DNA of 63,558 nt, filler included, from Chiloscyllium plagiosum (GCF_004010195.1; 4 parts of one record of this genome joined end to end with filler, not necessarily neighbours in it), one strand, 5' to 3'; shown: positions 49,832 to 63,558, counted from the whole stretch's first letter. Numbers and translations: made by a program. Notes: generated by a model not told the origin, from the letters alone.

Positions 49832-51545
49832 GTCATTGCTATGATATCCAAGTTCCATGTTCCTAACCATGCCCTGAGTTCATCTGCCTTCCCCGTTAGG
49901 CCCCTTGCATTGAAATAAATGCAGTTTAATTATTAATTCTACCATGTACCTGTCTGCCCTGACTGTTTGACTTGCTTCTGTTCTCAACTGTATCAGTCTC
50001 AGATTGATCTCTTTCCTCACTATCACCCTGGGTCCCACGCCCACCTTATAGTTTAAATCACCCCGAGCAGCTCTAGCAAATTTCACTGCCATTATATTAG
50101 TCCCCTTCCAATTTAGGTGCAATCCGTCCTTCTTGTACAGGTCACTTCTACCCCAAAAGAGATTCCAATGATACAAAAATGTGAATCCTTCTCCCATACA
50201 CCAGCTCCTCAGCCATGTATTCATCTGCTCTATCCTTCTATTCCTGCCCTCACTAGCTTGTAGCACTGGGAGTAATCCAGATATAACTACTCTCGAGGAC
50301 CTCCTTTTAAAAATTCTGCCTAACTCTCCGTAATCTCCCTTCAGAATCTCAACCTTTTTCCTTCCTATGTTGTTGGTTCCAATGTGGACAATGACCTCTT
50401 GCTGGCCCTTCTCACCCGTGAGAACATTCTGCACCCTCTCTGAGACATCCTTGATCCTGGCATCAGGGAAGCAACACACCATTCTGCTTTTTCGCTGCAG
50501 GCCACAGACAGAAACATCTGTCTGTATCTCGGACTAGAGAATCCCCTAACACAATTGATCTCTTGGAACCCGACTTACCCCTTGTTGAATTAGAACCAGT
50601 CTGAATACCAGAAACTTGGCTGTTCGTGCTACGTTCCCCTGAGAATCCATCACCCCCTACATTTTCCAAAACAGCATACCTGTTTGAAATGGGTATATCC
50701 ATAAAAGACTCCTGCACTAGCTGCCGACCTCTCTTACCTTTCCTGGAGTTAACCCATCTATGTGACTGTATCTGAGACATTCCCCCCTTCTTGTAACTGC
50801 CATCCATCACATACTGTTGCTGTTGCAAATTCGTCATTGCTTCTAACTTTCTCTCCAACCGATCCATTTGATCTGATAAGATTCGCAGCCAACAGCATTT
50901 ATGGCAGATATAATCCACAGTAATTCTTAAACTCTCTTTAAACTCCCACATCTGACAAGAAGTACATAGCACTCTATTAAAGGCCATTTTTGCTCCTTCA
51001 CAATCTACAGACCCAGAAATTAACACCGTCTTATTCCTCTACAAACACTGCCCCAGGTTCAATTAATTTTAAGTTTAATCAGGAGACATATCTCCAAAAA
51101 CATATAATCAAGAAAGAACCCACTCTACTCACTACTGCAGATTCTCTGTAGGCCACACTTAAAACAACGATTAACTATCTGATTCTGTGCTGTGAACTTC
51201 ACCCAACAGTTCCTCCAAGATCAGTTCTGAATTTCACTGTTTGTTAATTTTCCCAGATGAACTCCAATGTCCAGCGATACATACATTCAAATTGCAAAGG
51301 CAGTAACTGTGCAGGTTCTCTCTCTCTCTCTCCTGCAATTACCTCACCATGTGCTTCCTTTGTCTGTTTTTCTCCCTTTTAAAACTGCTGTTGTTTTGAT
51401 TTTTTTTTCCAAAGTTCCAAAACAATGCAACAGCATATAAAACAGTAATTGCTGCTCCTGGAATTTGAGGAAATCACCTCCAACACCTAAAATACCTCAA
51501 AAAAAGGAGCAGCTGTTCCAGCCAGATATTCTTCCCGTCCTCCAT
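49832..51545 (-). mobile_element. CR1 LINE 5' half (5' UTR, ORF1 Zn-finger plus SGNH esterase, ORF2 start)
   Basis: CTSCQMWE..YICHKC, IVLGDSLVR, VHIGTNNIG, DGLHLN. Confidence 0.92.
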
Positions 51546-52011
51546 TAATTCCAGATTTTTATTTAATTCAAATTCCATCATTTGCTGTGGAAGGATTTGA
51601 ACTCAGGTCCTCAGAACTTTAGTCAGGACTCTGGATTAACAGTCCAGTGACAATAGCATTTGGCTACTGCCTCCTCTTTAATATTTTATATTTTGTGTGC
51701 TAAAAAAGGCCGACACGGTTTTAGTTTCATCTTGGAATTAGCCTTGTTGCATTGATGAATAGAAATCTAGAGGGCTGTGTGCATGCACTTTTAATGAGTT
51801 TTTACAACTTTTAAGTGAAGAGTTGATGGTTAATCCATTTTTTAAAAAGTGGATTAAGAACTGTAACAAGTATCCAGGGACACACAAACACAGAAAAACT
51901 AAAAACGGAAAGTATTGAGGTTGGGATGTAGCCAGTCTGTGTGTAAGTGTGCCAGAATGTGAAGGCCAAAGTATTAAACTCTTTATTAAGTAAGATTGCT
52001 TAACACTGAGT

Positions 52012-52061
52012 TTAACTAACACAAATGTGCTCAGAGTTAACTAACACAAATGTGCTCAGAG
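52012..52061. repeat. 25-bp tandem duplication
   Basis: ttaactaacacaaatgtgctcagag x2. Confidence 0.85.
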
Positions 52062-52624
52062 TTAATCATAAGTTTAACTTACGTTTTATTCTTGATGTCT
52101 CGGGGAGTCAGAAAAGCTGAATAAAAGAATCTATTGAATGTGCAGAAATTCATCTAATGAGACCTGTTGCAGGTATGCTAGTTTGAGCAAGAAGCCATAG
52201 TCTGAAGGTAGGGGTGAACCTTCATCGGGGTTGTTGTTTCTAAAGCTATTGTTTCCATAAAAGGAAAACTGTGAACTTCAAACCAAAACAGGAATTTTTG
52301 GTCAAACTCAGCATGTCTGCCACCATCTGTGAAGAAAAAGCAGAGTTAATGTTTTGAGTCCAGTGACTCTTCTTCAAAACAGTAATGCTATTCGTTTTCC
52401 ATTCATAGTACATGTGCTATCTTTTTCCTACCTTTATCATGCTTGAATGTTGGATATTTGATATTTTTTGAATGCATATTAATTAAATTGCATAGTAGAG
52501 GATTAGGAATCCTCAATTTTCACTACTTATTATTGAAGTTAAAAATGTTACAATCGTTATGATCCCAGGTGATGTTAATACTAAACAAATCAGATCCCAG
52601 TCTGAAATTTAGCTTGAAAGATGT

Positions 52625-55570
52625 TTGGGTGTAGGTTTGCTCACTGAGCTGAAAGGTTCATTTTCAGAAGTTTTGTCACCATACTGGGTAACATCTTCAG
52701 TGAGCCTCAAAATGAAGCACTGGTGGTGTAGCCCGCTTTCTACTTATATGTTTGAAGTTCCTAGTGTCAGTTATGTCATTTCCTGTGGTGACATCATTTC
52801 CTATGGTGATGTCAGTTCCAGTTCTTTTTCTCAGGAGGTAGTAAATGGGATGCAAGTCAATGTGTTTGTTGATAGAGCTCCGGTTGGAATGCCATGCTTC
52901 TAAGCATTCTTGTGCGTGTATCTATTTGGCTTGTCCTAGGATGGATGTGTTGTCCCAGTACAAGTGGTGTCCTTCCTTATCCGTATGTCAGGATACTAAT
53001 GGGAGTTGGTCATGTCGTTTTTGTGGCTAGTTGATGTTTATGTATCCTGGTGGCTAGTTTTCTGCCAATTTGTCCAATGTAGTGTTTGTTACAGTTCATG
53101 TAATATGCTAAAACTGGCCCGAAAATTGGAAACCAGTGCCATCAACAGAGCGCCACTTGCGAACAGCTGTACTTCCTTGCATGAATGCCTAAGGAGACAA
53201 ATACTACCTAACTGTCTTAAATACATACCTCCCCTTAACACCCCACTAGCCAAAAGAATAGCAGAGCAAAACGCCTGCAGAATGCTTAGAGAAATGATTA
53301 ATGATGCCCACAACAGACTCCACAAGTACAACCAGGAAATTTTGTGCCAAACCTCTTTACTCACTAACGCAACAGACACAGTACAACAAGCCATAGATGC
53401 TGGACAGTGAAAAACACAAAAGATGAAGAAATCTGGACCTGCGGAAAACCTAGACAAACTTACACAAAATAACAACACTGACAACACAGAAACATGGATT
53501 AAAAAGGTTATCTGACTGGCCCTTAACAGAACTGAAAAAAACATCTTAGAAAGAGGATTAAATTACAACTTCCAGGATGCAGACAAGAAAGATTTCTTAG
53601 CAGTATTAGAAACAACACTGAAAGACAACTGACTCACAGAAGAAACCCAGCAAACTGTCAGACAAGTAGCTGCACCAACATTAAGCAGGAAAAAAGGAAG
53701 CAAATACACTTAATACACAAGAAAATAAAAGAATAAAAAGGCTAAAAAAGATAAAAACATTGTTATCCTACCTGCAGACAAAGGACGCTTGACAGTCATC
53801 TTAAATCAAAGAGACTACATTGAGAAAGTAAATGCACTTCTTGCAGATACCAACACTTACCAACAAGTGGTGATAGACCCAACCCTACAACTAGAAACCT
53901 GAATCACAGCCCTACTCAAAAGACTTCAGAAATCTGGAATTATAAATAAGACTGACTTCCAAAAAAAGAAACTAGACAGATCCAACACACCGCACTTCTA
54001 CGGATTACCCAAAATTCACAAACCAAGAACCCCCCTCAGATCCATAGTCTCACGACCTTGAATACCAACTTAGTGATTGGCCAAGCAGCTACGCCAAAGA
54101 CTAAAGCACTTAGTAGAAGACTCACGACACTCCATCCACTCCACCCAAGAATTCCTGAAGACCATCAACGATACCAAGATAGAAGAGAATGAAATAATGG
54201 TCGCCTTTGACATCGATCAACATCAACCAGACCAAGGAAACACTGACTACATTATTAGAAGAACTAAAGGCACAAACACCAAATACCACTAACGTCATCA
54301 GCAAGGACAGTATCGTCAAGCTAGTGGACCTCTGCCTTCGCACCCACTTCAGCTTCAACAATAAAACGTACAGGCAAGCCAGCAGAACACCCATGGGATC
54401 TCTGCTATCAGGGTTCTTAGCAGAGGCAGTAATGCAGAGACTTGAACAAACAGCTCTGCCAACTATTCAACCCAAACTTTGAGTCCGGTATGTGGATGAC
54501 ACTTTTGTCATCTCTAAATGAAACAAATTAGAGGAAACCTTCAAAACGATCGACAATACTCTTCCTGGCACATAGTTCACTAAAGAGGAGGAAAATAACA
54601 ACAAACTGCCATTCCTAGATGTTGCAGTAGAGCAAAACACCAATGGGGAACTTCAAACCAGTGTCTACAGGAAAACAACACATACGGTCCAAAAGCAATC
54701 ATCCCGACATCCACAAACGAAGCTGCATTAGAACATTATTTCAATGAGCCACCACAAACTGCAGCATAGAAGAGCTACGCAGAGCAGGGGAAAATTACCT
54801 ATACAGGGGATTCAAAAAGAACAGGTACCCAATGAACACAGTCCGCCGATTTCTCAGCAACAAACCCAAACAAGCAGACAAAACGCATCCAAAAACTCTA
54901 GTCACTCGCCCCTCCATCAAAGACATCTCAGAAATGACTGCCAGACTACTCCGACCCCTTGGCATCATGGTAGCCCACAATTTCACCAACACACTAAAAC
55001 AGCAGCTAATGAACTTGAAAGACCCTATACAAACAAAAAGCAAAACTAATGTCATTTACAAATACCTTGCAAGAACGGTAACAAACACTACATTGGACAA
55101 ACTGGCAGAAAACTAGCCACTAGGACATGAACATTAACTAGCTACAAAAATGATGTGGCCCACCCTCACTAGTATCCTTACACACGGATGAGGAAGGATA
55201 CCACTTGTACTAGGACAACACATCCATCCTAGGGCAAGCCAGAGACATGCACAAGAATTCCTAGGAGCATGACATTCCAACCAGAACTCTTTCAACAAAC
55301 ACATTGACTTGAATCCCATTTACCATCCTCTGAGAAAAAGAACTGGAAATGACATCACCATAGAAAATTATGTCACCACAGGAAATGACATAACCAACCC
55401 TAGGACATTCAAACATATAAATAGAAAGCGGGCTACACCATTAGTGCTTCATTTGCAGTCTCGCTGAAGATGTTACCTAGTATGGTGACAAAACGTCTGA
55501 AAACGAACCTTCCACTCAGGGAGCAAACCTACATCAGAGCCTCAACCTGAGCTACAAATCTTCTCAAAAC
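52625..55570 (+). mobile_element. Near full-length degenerate Poseidon-type Penelope element with an inverted 5' copy of its 3' end (52625 to about 53097)
   Basis: PADKG, FYGLPKIHKP, TPMGSLLSGFLAE, RYVDDTF, NVIYK..YIG motifs; terminal repeats carry CUGAAGA cores at 55464 (+) and about 52700 (-). Confidence 0.88.
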
Positions 55571-56439
55571 TTGAAAGACTTTTTTTTAATGGGGCAGTTA
55601 TCCTGAAGTATAAGAATGCAATGTGATAATTATTTTTAACAATCAAACAAAAGTTTATTATGCAATAGAAATGAAAACAAAATAAAATAAAATAAACTAT
55701 TTAAAGACTTTGAAACACAGCAGTAAAAGTACAAGCTTATTAATCCTAAGAATATCCCATTGCAGGAAATGAGAAAGAATGCCATTCTCTAACCTACATA
55801 GGGTTTGTCTTGGCTGTGGTTTCAATTCCCAGTCATGAGTATCTGATAGCTTTTTCCTAGATTCATCACATAACTGAGACTTCTTCACATATTCCCATCA
55901 AAGTTTTAACCAAACACTTCTGGTCTGGGACTTTTGTACTAAGCTCCCTACTCATGTAACCTGGTTTTGACAATTCTAAGCTATCTTCTTGCTTTCTCAG
56001 TTGCTTTACATAATCAACTGCAACCAAGATGTCTACAGGCCTGTCAAACTGAAACTAAATAAAAATATTTTTATTTTCCTTAAGCTATGGGTGTTTGCTT
56101 TTAAGGCCCCCAAAAATTCCAAAATCTACTTTCTCAAACTTTTATGCACTTCACTGATAACTTTGCTTGCTTTAAAACTCTCTCGATCTAAACCAATTCC
56201 CAATAGCCTGCAAAACTACTTCTCTCGGATGATTTTTTTTTTGTTTTTAAAGACATTGCCATGGTTACAGAAATACTTATAGATCAATCATTAGACCCCT
56301 TCAGAAACACAGAAGATCCATATGTGTTTGGTTCACATTCAAAAATTAATTAACACATCATTTATATTTAACAATAAATAGTTTATTTTTCTGATACTGA
56401 CAAAACAGTGTGAATTGCGTTAATGCAGAATAGCAGCAG

Positions 56440-57158
56440 CCATGCTTTGGCCATTTTTGTGGTCTCATCAGGATTTTATACACTCTCACATCCTGGGATG
56501 GCTCGTGGTACAGTAGGACATTAGTATATGTGTGGTCTTCCCAGTTAAGTCACAACACTTGAGACAAACATTATTTGCCTCGGATCAGCAGTTCAGTGGA
56601 AGATGCACTTGTGTCTGACTGAAAATTGTTTGTGCAGAGAACTGTCCATGGCCAGGAGTTGCCTCACACATTCCAAGGTCCAAGATTACATTCTGAGGGA
56701 CGCATTAAAGTTTGAAGCAACTGGTACATATGTGCAATAGGGAATGGTCACTATCTAATGCTATTCGGCCTTATTATACCAAGGGGCTGTAAACTATGGA
56801 ACTGTTTCAGACTCTATACCATACCAAGAATGTACGTTGTGATGATCAAGAGTGTCGAAATTGGATTGAGTGACCTCAGAGTGGAACATGGTGTATAGAA
56901 GAAAGTTTATAGAAAATTTACATTTATTGCATATTGTATAAATTCCAGTTTAAAATCTTTTGCCATCAATCTGTATACCTGACATGAAGCATGTATTATT
57001 AATATGAAGACTATCAAAATTGCATTGAGACACATAAAGCTGGAGTATGCTTTGTTGAAGTTGAGTTTTATTGTAATTTTTTTTAATTTTCAAGTGCAAA
57101 TGTTTTGGAATATATTTTTACAAATGTTATGAATAAAGTATATTTTTATAAAACAAAA
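56440..57158 (+). mobile_element. Tx1/L1-like LINE 3' end
   Basis: HSKVQDYILRDALK-type ORF2 C-terminus, then AATAAA at 57133 and an A-rich tail. Confidence 0.5.
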
Positions 57159-58344
57159 CTTGGATAGAAGTCTTATTGTTAACAGTAGATTAATCTAAAT
57201 TCTATTTTTGAATGCAAAATTATGAATGAAGCATTATCTTGCTGCTCTGACTGCATCTGAGTGTTTAGCAAACATATGGACAGTAGCCAATTTACTTTAA
57301 AAAAATGCAAGAACAGCAGATGCTAGAAATCTGAAACATGAACAGAAGTTTCTGGAACATGTCAGGACTCTGGCGAATCTCTGATAGAGAGAAATCAGAG
57401 TTAAATGTTCAAGTTCAGTGACCCTTCTGCAGAACTACTGATCTACTTTGCTTCTTCTTATAAAGGTATTCCAGATCTTTATTTTTGCACACTGATATTC
57501 TCGAGTACCTGTTTGAACATGGTAAACAATTGCTAGAACTATTGAGATTAGTTGAATTTATTCAGGAACAACTGCTTCAAGTTCAGCACATTGAGTTCTG
57601 CTGTCTAGTTCACAGCTGAAAGGGATATATTCATGATAGTAGCTCTCAATGAGAGTAAATAGTAAATTGTCTTACTTATGAATTTTCCAGATTACACAAA
57701 TGTACATTAAAATACTGTAATCACACAACCTGGCTAAAGAATAAAAGTTGTAATGCAGTCGAAAACAAAGTATAGCATAAAATATCTTGCTATTCATCTG
57801 CTCCCTTTGACAACAATATAATTTTTCAAAATTTTGTAATATGCCAAGCATTTACCAATGTACCTTTGTAATATACCAAGTATTTACCATTGAGCAAATG
57901 TACCTTACAATTTCAGTATGTTTACACTATTAACTATTTAGAATAATAGTGTGTTATTACCATAGTTGAAGCAAAATCTTTTCAGTTTTTTTCTATCATT
58001 AGGATGTACAAGAAAATCTCAGATATGATGCTGTCCAATCTGTAATCTAAGGTTCTAAAATATGGTCATTATTTTAAAGTTTGTTCTTTACCAAACAAAG
58101 ATTGTGTTTTGTAGCTGGCCTTAAGGAGATTTTCTTTCAGCTAGAGAATGTGAGTGCATCTTGAGAATATTAAGTATTGTCGATGGCTAGTTCTCCCACA
58201 TTATGAAGAGAAGATAATTTTAGTGCTCTAGCCTCTGCATCTAATATTGTAAAGTATAGACAGGCCATCTAATGTATAACCTGCGGGTGTTAATTAATAA
58301 AACCATTATGACCTAGGTCCTTATTCAGTGTGCAACACTTCATA

Positions 58345-58695
58345 GAAGCCTTACAATGTGGAAACAGGTTATTCAGTCCAACACGCCCACACCAACCTGT
58401 TGAAGGGCATCCTGCCCAGACCTATCCCCCTATCGTCTCCTTGTAACCTTACATTATCCATGGCTAACACACCTAACCTATCCATTACTGGACACAATGG
58501 GTAATTTAGCATGGCCATCTACCTAAACTGCTCATCTTTTGACTATGGAGAAAACTGGAGCACCCAGCGGAAACCCACATAGACACTGGGAGAATATGCA
58601 AAGTCCATACAGACATTCACTCGAGGGTGGAATCGAAACTGGATCCGTGGCGCTGTGAGGCAGCAGTGTTGACCACTGAGCCACCATGCCACCCC
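58345..58695 (-). mobile_element. Diverged HE1-type SINE
   Basis: Head, V-domain and tail. Confidence 0.82.
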
Positions 58696-59094
58696 CAAAT
58701 ACCTATCACTGCTTGGACTTAAAGAAGCATAATCTTCATGAAAAAATTTATTTTAGTGTTAACACACTATATTTGATACTCTTTACAAACTAAATGACTG
58801 CAAATTAAACTAATACAACATTAAATACTGATATTCATGGAAATCAGAAATAAAATATGCTGAGACTACTCAGCAGATGAGCCAGCATCTGTGGAGAGTG
58901 AAATGGAGTTAGGAGAACATTGTAAGAAGCTTCTAGGAGCAAGAAGAGAGGTGAACACAATTGGTGGGAAGCCAAAATTCAGAATCCTGACGACAGGGTG
59001 AACTTTTGCAATGAGTTATAGGAGAGTTAAAAGCTAGCTGAGGGTGCTTATGACACAATGGTACTGTCCCTGCCTCTGAGCCAGAAGTATAGGG

Positions 59095-60140
59095 TTTAAG
59101 ATGGTGCTGGTAGAGGATTGCTTTTTGGACTGGAGGCCTATGACCAGTGGTATGCTGCAAAGATTGGTACTGGGTCCACTGTATTTTGTCATTTGCATAA
59201 ATGATTTGGATATAATATACAGGAGGAATGGTTAATAAGTTTGCAAATGACACCAGAATTGACGGTGTAGTGGACAACAAAGAAGGTTATCTTAGAATAC
59301 AGTGGGACCTTGATTAGATGGGTAAATGGGCCGAGGAGTGGCAGATGCAGTTTAATTTAGATAAACGTGAGGTGCTGCATTTTGGTAAGGCAAATCAGGG
59401 CGGGACTTAATAGTGAAGTCCTGGGGAGTGTTGCCAAACAAAGAGACCTTGGGGCACAGGTTCATAGTTCCTTGAAAGTGGAGTCCCAAATAGACAGGCT
59501 ACTGAAGAAGGTGTTTGGTACGTTTGCCTTCATTGGTTAGTGCATTGAGTATAGGGGTTGGGAGATCATGCTAAGGCTGTGCAGGACATTGGTTAGGCCA
59601 CTTCTGGAATACTGCATTCAATTCTGGTCTCCCTGCTATGGGAAGGATGTTGTGAAACTTGAAAGGATTCAGAAGGTATTAACAAGGATGCTGTCAAGGT
59701 TGGAGTGTTTGAGCTATAGGGAGAGGCTGAATAGGCTGGGGTTGGGGTGCAGAGGCTGAGGGGGTAACCTTATTGAGGTTTATAAAATCAAGCGGGGGCA
59801 TGGATAGGGTGAATACCCAAGGTCTTTTTCTCAGGGTAGGGGAGTTCAGAACTAGTGGGCATAGATTTAAGGTCAGAGGGAAAAGACTTAAAAGGGACCT
59901 AAGGAGCAACATTTTCATGCAGAGTGGTGTGTTTATGGAATGAGCTGCCAGAAGAAGTGGTGATGACTGGTACAATTACAACATTTAAAATGCATCTGGA
60001 TGGGTACATGAATAGGAAGGATTTAGAGGAACATGGGCCAAATGCTGGCAAATGGGACTAGATTAACTTAGAATGTCTGTTGGCATGAATGAATTGGACC
60101 CGAGGGATTTTTTCCATGCTGTATAACTTTATGATTCTAT
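59095..60140 (+). mobile_element. CR1 RT 3' portion
   Basis: NKFANDT, TLVRPLLEYCIQFWSP and atgattcta tail. Confidence 0.9.
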
Positions 60141-63100
60141 AGAAAAGTTCAATTGAATGTAAAAGCATTTCTTGATATAGATAAAAATAAAAATAACTTA
60201 AATGCTATCTGACAGGAAGTGTCAGAAAGCCTTTGGCATGTGTTTGCATTTCATAAATGCTCATTTAAAGGACAACTTACCAGAATTAAGTTTTCCTTTC
60301 CATTTAAGGCTGTGAGCAATACATGCCTTCTGATTTTTGATTATATATGAGGCGTTCAGTGGCCAAGGCACAGCATTTATTGGACTTTGCGATGAGCAGT
60401 TTCTGTTTCTTCTTCTGAGGACAACATTTTTCAATGCCATGCCATAATTGAGATCAGTTAGCAATCATTTAAATTGTACAGCTGTTAGAACGCTTGCTGA
60501 TTTTTCATTATTTTCATTTCATTCTTTTATCAGTTTTGATTTGGAGCTGTGAGTTGGGAACAAGGAGCTAAATATGACTTTTGGACTGTGGGTAGAAACT
60601 TATGTTAAAAGGAAAACAGACCAATCAAAGTTTTTTTTTTCATGAGGGCAAGCCTGAAAGGCAATTGCAGGTTGGTTCCTCATCAAAAAGTTCTGCAACC
60701 GTTCAGTCACTCGGGAAGGGCACTACATTTAAACAGAGAGCAGAAGTTGGCTATTAAAGGACAGCATCTGGGAATTTATACCAGTAAGTCTGGAAAAGAC
60801 CTTAAGCTCAAGCAGATAGAAGATGTAGAATGGTAACTGGAGAATATAGTCAGTGTGTCAGGCAGTGGTCAAGGTTGGAAGTGGATTTTGGACAGTGTTT
60901 TCAGTGAAAAAAGGATCTGGTTGTTAATGCTACAGCATGGAGATTTGAAAACTCGCTGCATAATCTCCCATAAGCAGTTCCTGGAAACCATTAGCATCAA
61001 TTTTGAGGGTCTTTGAAAATTTTAATTCTACTGTGTTGTTAATACAGAGGTAGAAAGGCTTATTTGGTCCAACTGGCTGTCTCTGTGTTGTAACTGAGGT
61101 AGGAGACTGGTTGGGCCAAGGTTGGCTAAGCGTGGATGTCTGCCTGTCAATGCAGGCAGGATGAACAAGGAAGAATGGAAGGCCACAATGTTTAACTGCA
61201 GGTATCCACTGCAAAGGCCAAACATATGGTCCTAGCTTGCAGAGAATAAATGGCTGTTCATGTACAATCCTAGAAGACACTGATGGGAGGGAGAGCTTTG
61301 TGGCCACCTCTGCCACAAGATTCACTGAGCTACTCATTGCATGCTGTTTATGAGGTAGATAGAAAATTCTGCTGTCAGAGATGGTGAGCTTGGAAGTGGA
61401 CAGAGCACTTAATTAAGATGGTGGAATATCCAAACCCTGCTACCTTCCTACCTCAGCCAGAATTAAATTCATGGTGAGAAGGTTAGTCTTCTCATCCTAC
61501 ATCCAATTAAAGCCTTTAGGTGTCCATTTAGGAGTATGTAAGGGTCTCATCCTTGGGATGAACCGAGATGCAGGTGAGCCTGTTGCCATGCAACATCCTG
61601 AGAGGTCAATCTCTGCACGCAACACGTCACCTAATTGGGGCTTTGACCCTCGCTTAAAGAGAATCATTGTCCAATGGACAGACTCAACATTGGGCAGTGG
61701 GTGTACCCTGAGAGCTTGGGTACTGATCTGATCCCCTTGCCTCTTTCCCAATAATCCCAAAGTCGGAATACGCATCCCTCACAATAAATGATGTACTTTA
61801 CTCCTGGAGTGCTCTTCTGGCTGCTTCATCCAGGGCACTGCTGAGTGCAAATGTTGTTGGCCTCTGATTTGTCAACAGCTCTTAGAAGGTGGGATTTCTG
61901 TTCCTTGCACCTGGGTTCCAGGTGAAAGTGCATCTCTAACCGCACCACTGTCTTATTAATGTGTGTTTCAGGAAGTCTTTCCTTGAAGGTGTAGCGTAGG
62001 ATTGTTGTCAGTTTTCCAAATGGCTGATGAGACTCTGGACTCCTCAACAGATTGTATCTAATAACTCAGTTTCTCTCTCCACAGATGTCACCTGATCTTC
62101 TGAGTATTTCCAGTATTTTTATGTTATATTCAGCAATGAAAAGACATTTTACTGATGCTGTATTGTGACAGATGTGGCTTTTGCCCTGCATCAGGTCAGA
62201 ATTTTGAATTGAATTGTGCTGTGTTTAATTAGTACAGTTAAACCAATATGCTAGAAGTTAAGCTGCTTCTCGAAGAACTTGTCTTCATATCTGGACAATT
62301 GTATAGAAGAAAAGATATTAATGGAGTTTGTACTTAACTATATAGTTCAAAAGATGATGATTCGTATCTATTTATGGCATTGTTTTTATATAGATTTCCA
62401 TTTTGCTAAATACCTCAACGTAATAAAATTTTGATGCATAAAACTTACCGGATTGTGCTTTGAAAGAGTTGGTGTACTTAATGGCTTCATGGACTTCTTT
62501 GGTGCTTTGCTATTTTGTGATTCTATAAATCATTATTGTGTTAATTTTGAATGATGTGTTTTAAGCAAAATCTATTTACACATTTCTATATTAAAAATCA
62601 GCTTTTAAGGAGCTTGATTGCCTGATTTGTGGGATGTAGCAACCAATATAACGTGAGTTAATTGTCTCACCCCAGATCCTTTAGGAATGTTTCAATTCAT
62701 GATGAGAAGAGCAGATGTTTCCTCATCCAGACTATGAGGTGCAGAAGGCGTAGCTGGTTGTAGAGGCAGTTTGACAAACCAATCATTAACCAGGTGGGAT
62801 TTCAGAATCAAGCTCTGCACCTGACTGGGAACACAGAAAAGAAAAGGACAAACAAGATACCAATTGGATTTGAAACAAGAAAGTCTTTCTTTTCTGAGAA
62901 ATTAGATTAAGTAAGGGTAGTTTACTCCAACTGTTAATGGTTTGGTCATTGTTGCAGCATAAGGGGTTTATAGGTGTTATAGTAAAAGCTACAGTGTATC
63001 ATCATTGATGTCAGATCACTTGGAACAAGAACCTAAGGGAAGATTCTAATGGAGTGCTCCTGAATCAGGTCCTTATAAATCTTGTAAATATTTAATAAAT

Positions 63101-63279
63101 GTTCATTACTTTATACTTGGATCATTTCCTCTCCTCAATCAGAATCCAGTTGTGTTATACATCTGTGTTACAACAGAACAGTTTAATGATTTATGTTTTT
63201 TTCTCGTGCAGCCCTCCACTCCCTCCGTTCCAACCCCAACATCACTATCCAACCAGCAGACAAGAGAGGCGCGGTAGTA

Positions 63280-63558
63280 GTTTGGCGCACCGACCTTTAC
63301 ACCGCTGAGGCTAAATGCCAGCTCACGGACACCTCCTCTGACTGCCCCCTTGACCATGACCCCACCTCCCATCACCAAACCATCATCTCCCTGACCATCC
63401 AGACCCTCATCACCTCAGGGGATCTCCCATCCACCGCCTCCAACCTCATAGTCCCACAACCCCGCACCGCCCGTTTCTACCTCCTGCCCAAAATCCACAA
63501 ACCTGACAGCCCCGGCCGACCCATTGTCTCAGCCCGCTCCTGCCCCACCAAACTCATC
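63280..63558 (+). mobile_element. PLE RT N-terminal region running off the window
   Basis: PRTARFYLLPKIHKPDSPGRPIVS; paralogous to 48800-48920. Confidence 0.85.

Noticed and set aside
55620..56402. Possible Gypsy-type LTR on the - strand
   Set aside because: Only TG/CA-like ends and AATAAA in AT-rich DNA, with no TSD; evidence is insufficient.
57683..57712. PDYTNVH resembling the next NOX4 exon (RPDYVNIQ)
   Set aside because: Immediate stop codon, and no upstream WQEN or suitable donor.
60608..60632. KENRP resembling NOX4 QENRP
   Set aside because: Flanks do not match and there is no acceptor context; treated as chance.
60930..62050. Cluster of medium ORFs, possibly a decayed DNA transposon
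   Set aside because: No recognisable catalytic motif; no call can be supported without a search.
1..63558. CRISPR arrays, rRNA, intact tRNA genes or prokaryotic operon-like systems
   Set aside because: None seen. Dispersed repeats are explained by SINE, LINE and PLE families, and tRNA-like heads belong to SINEs.

Overview
Eukaryotic, repeat-dense vertebrate DNA, inferred to be from a shark or ray because of HE1/V-SINE-type SINEs and abundant CR1 and Penelope elements. It consists of four contigs joined by three artificial 100-nt spacers (N44-TTAATTAATTAA-N44). Two host genes are partly present and point away from each other. On the - strand are four late coding exons of a glutamate carboxypeptidase II/III gene (FOLH1/NAALAD2 family; 91, 265, 82 and 93 bp). 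On the + strand are two late exons of NOX4 (120 and 109 bp). The 5' halves of both genes are absent, so the middle gap must hide a large amount of sequence. The rest is intronic: CR1 LINEs, an L1 5' end, a Tx1-like 3' end, several Penelope-like element (PLE) families, SINEs, a pogo/Tigger MITE and probable solo LTRs. The most notable observations are: (i) minimal hammerhead-ribozyme motifs in at least four PLE families; (ii) small TSD-flanked, mostly fold-back, PLE-tail insertions; (iii) a tRNA-Tyr precursor-like sequence (intronless, T-arm deleted, with leader, trailer and T6 terminator) fused to a SINE; (iv) a 1.84-kb palindrome. Repeat boundaries were read by eye and are approximate. Exon boundaries were checked against GT-AG sites and reading phase.
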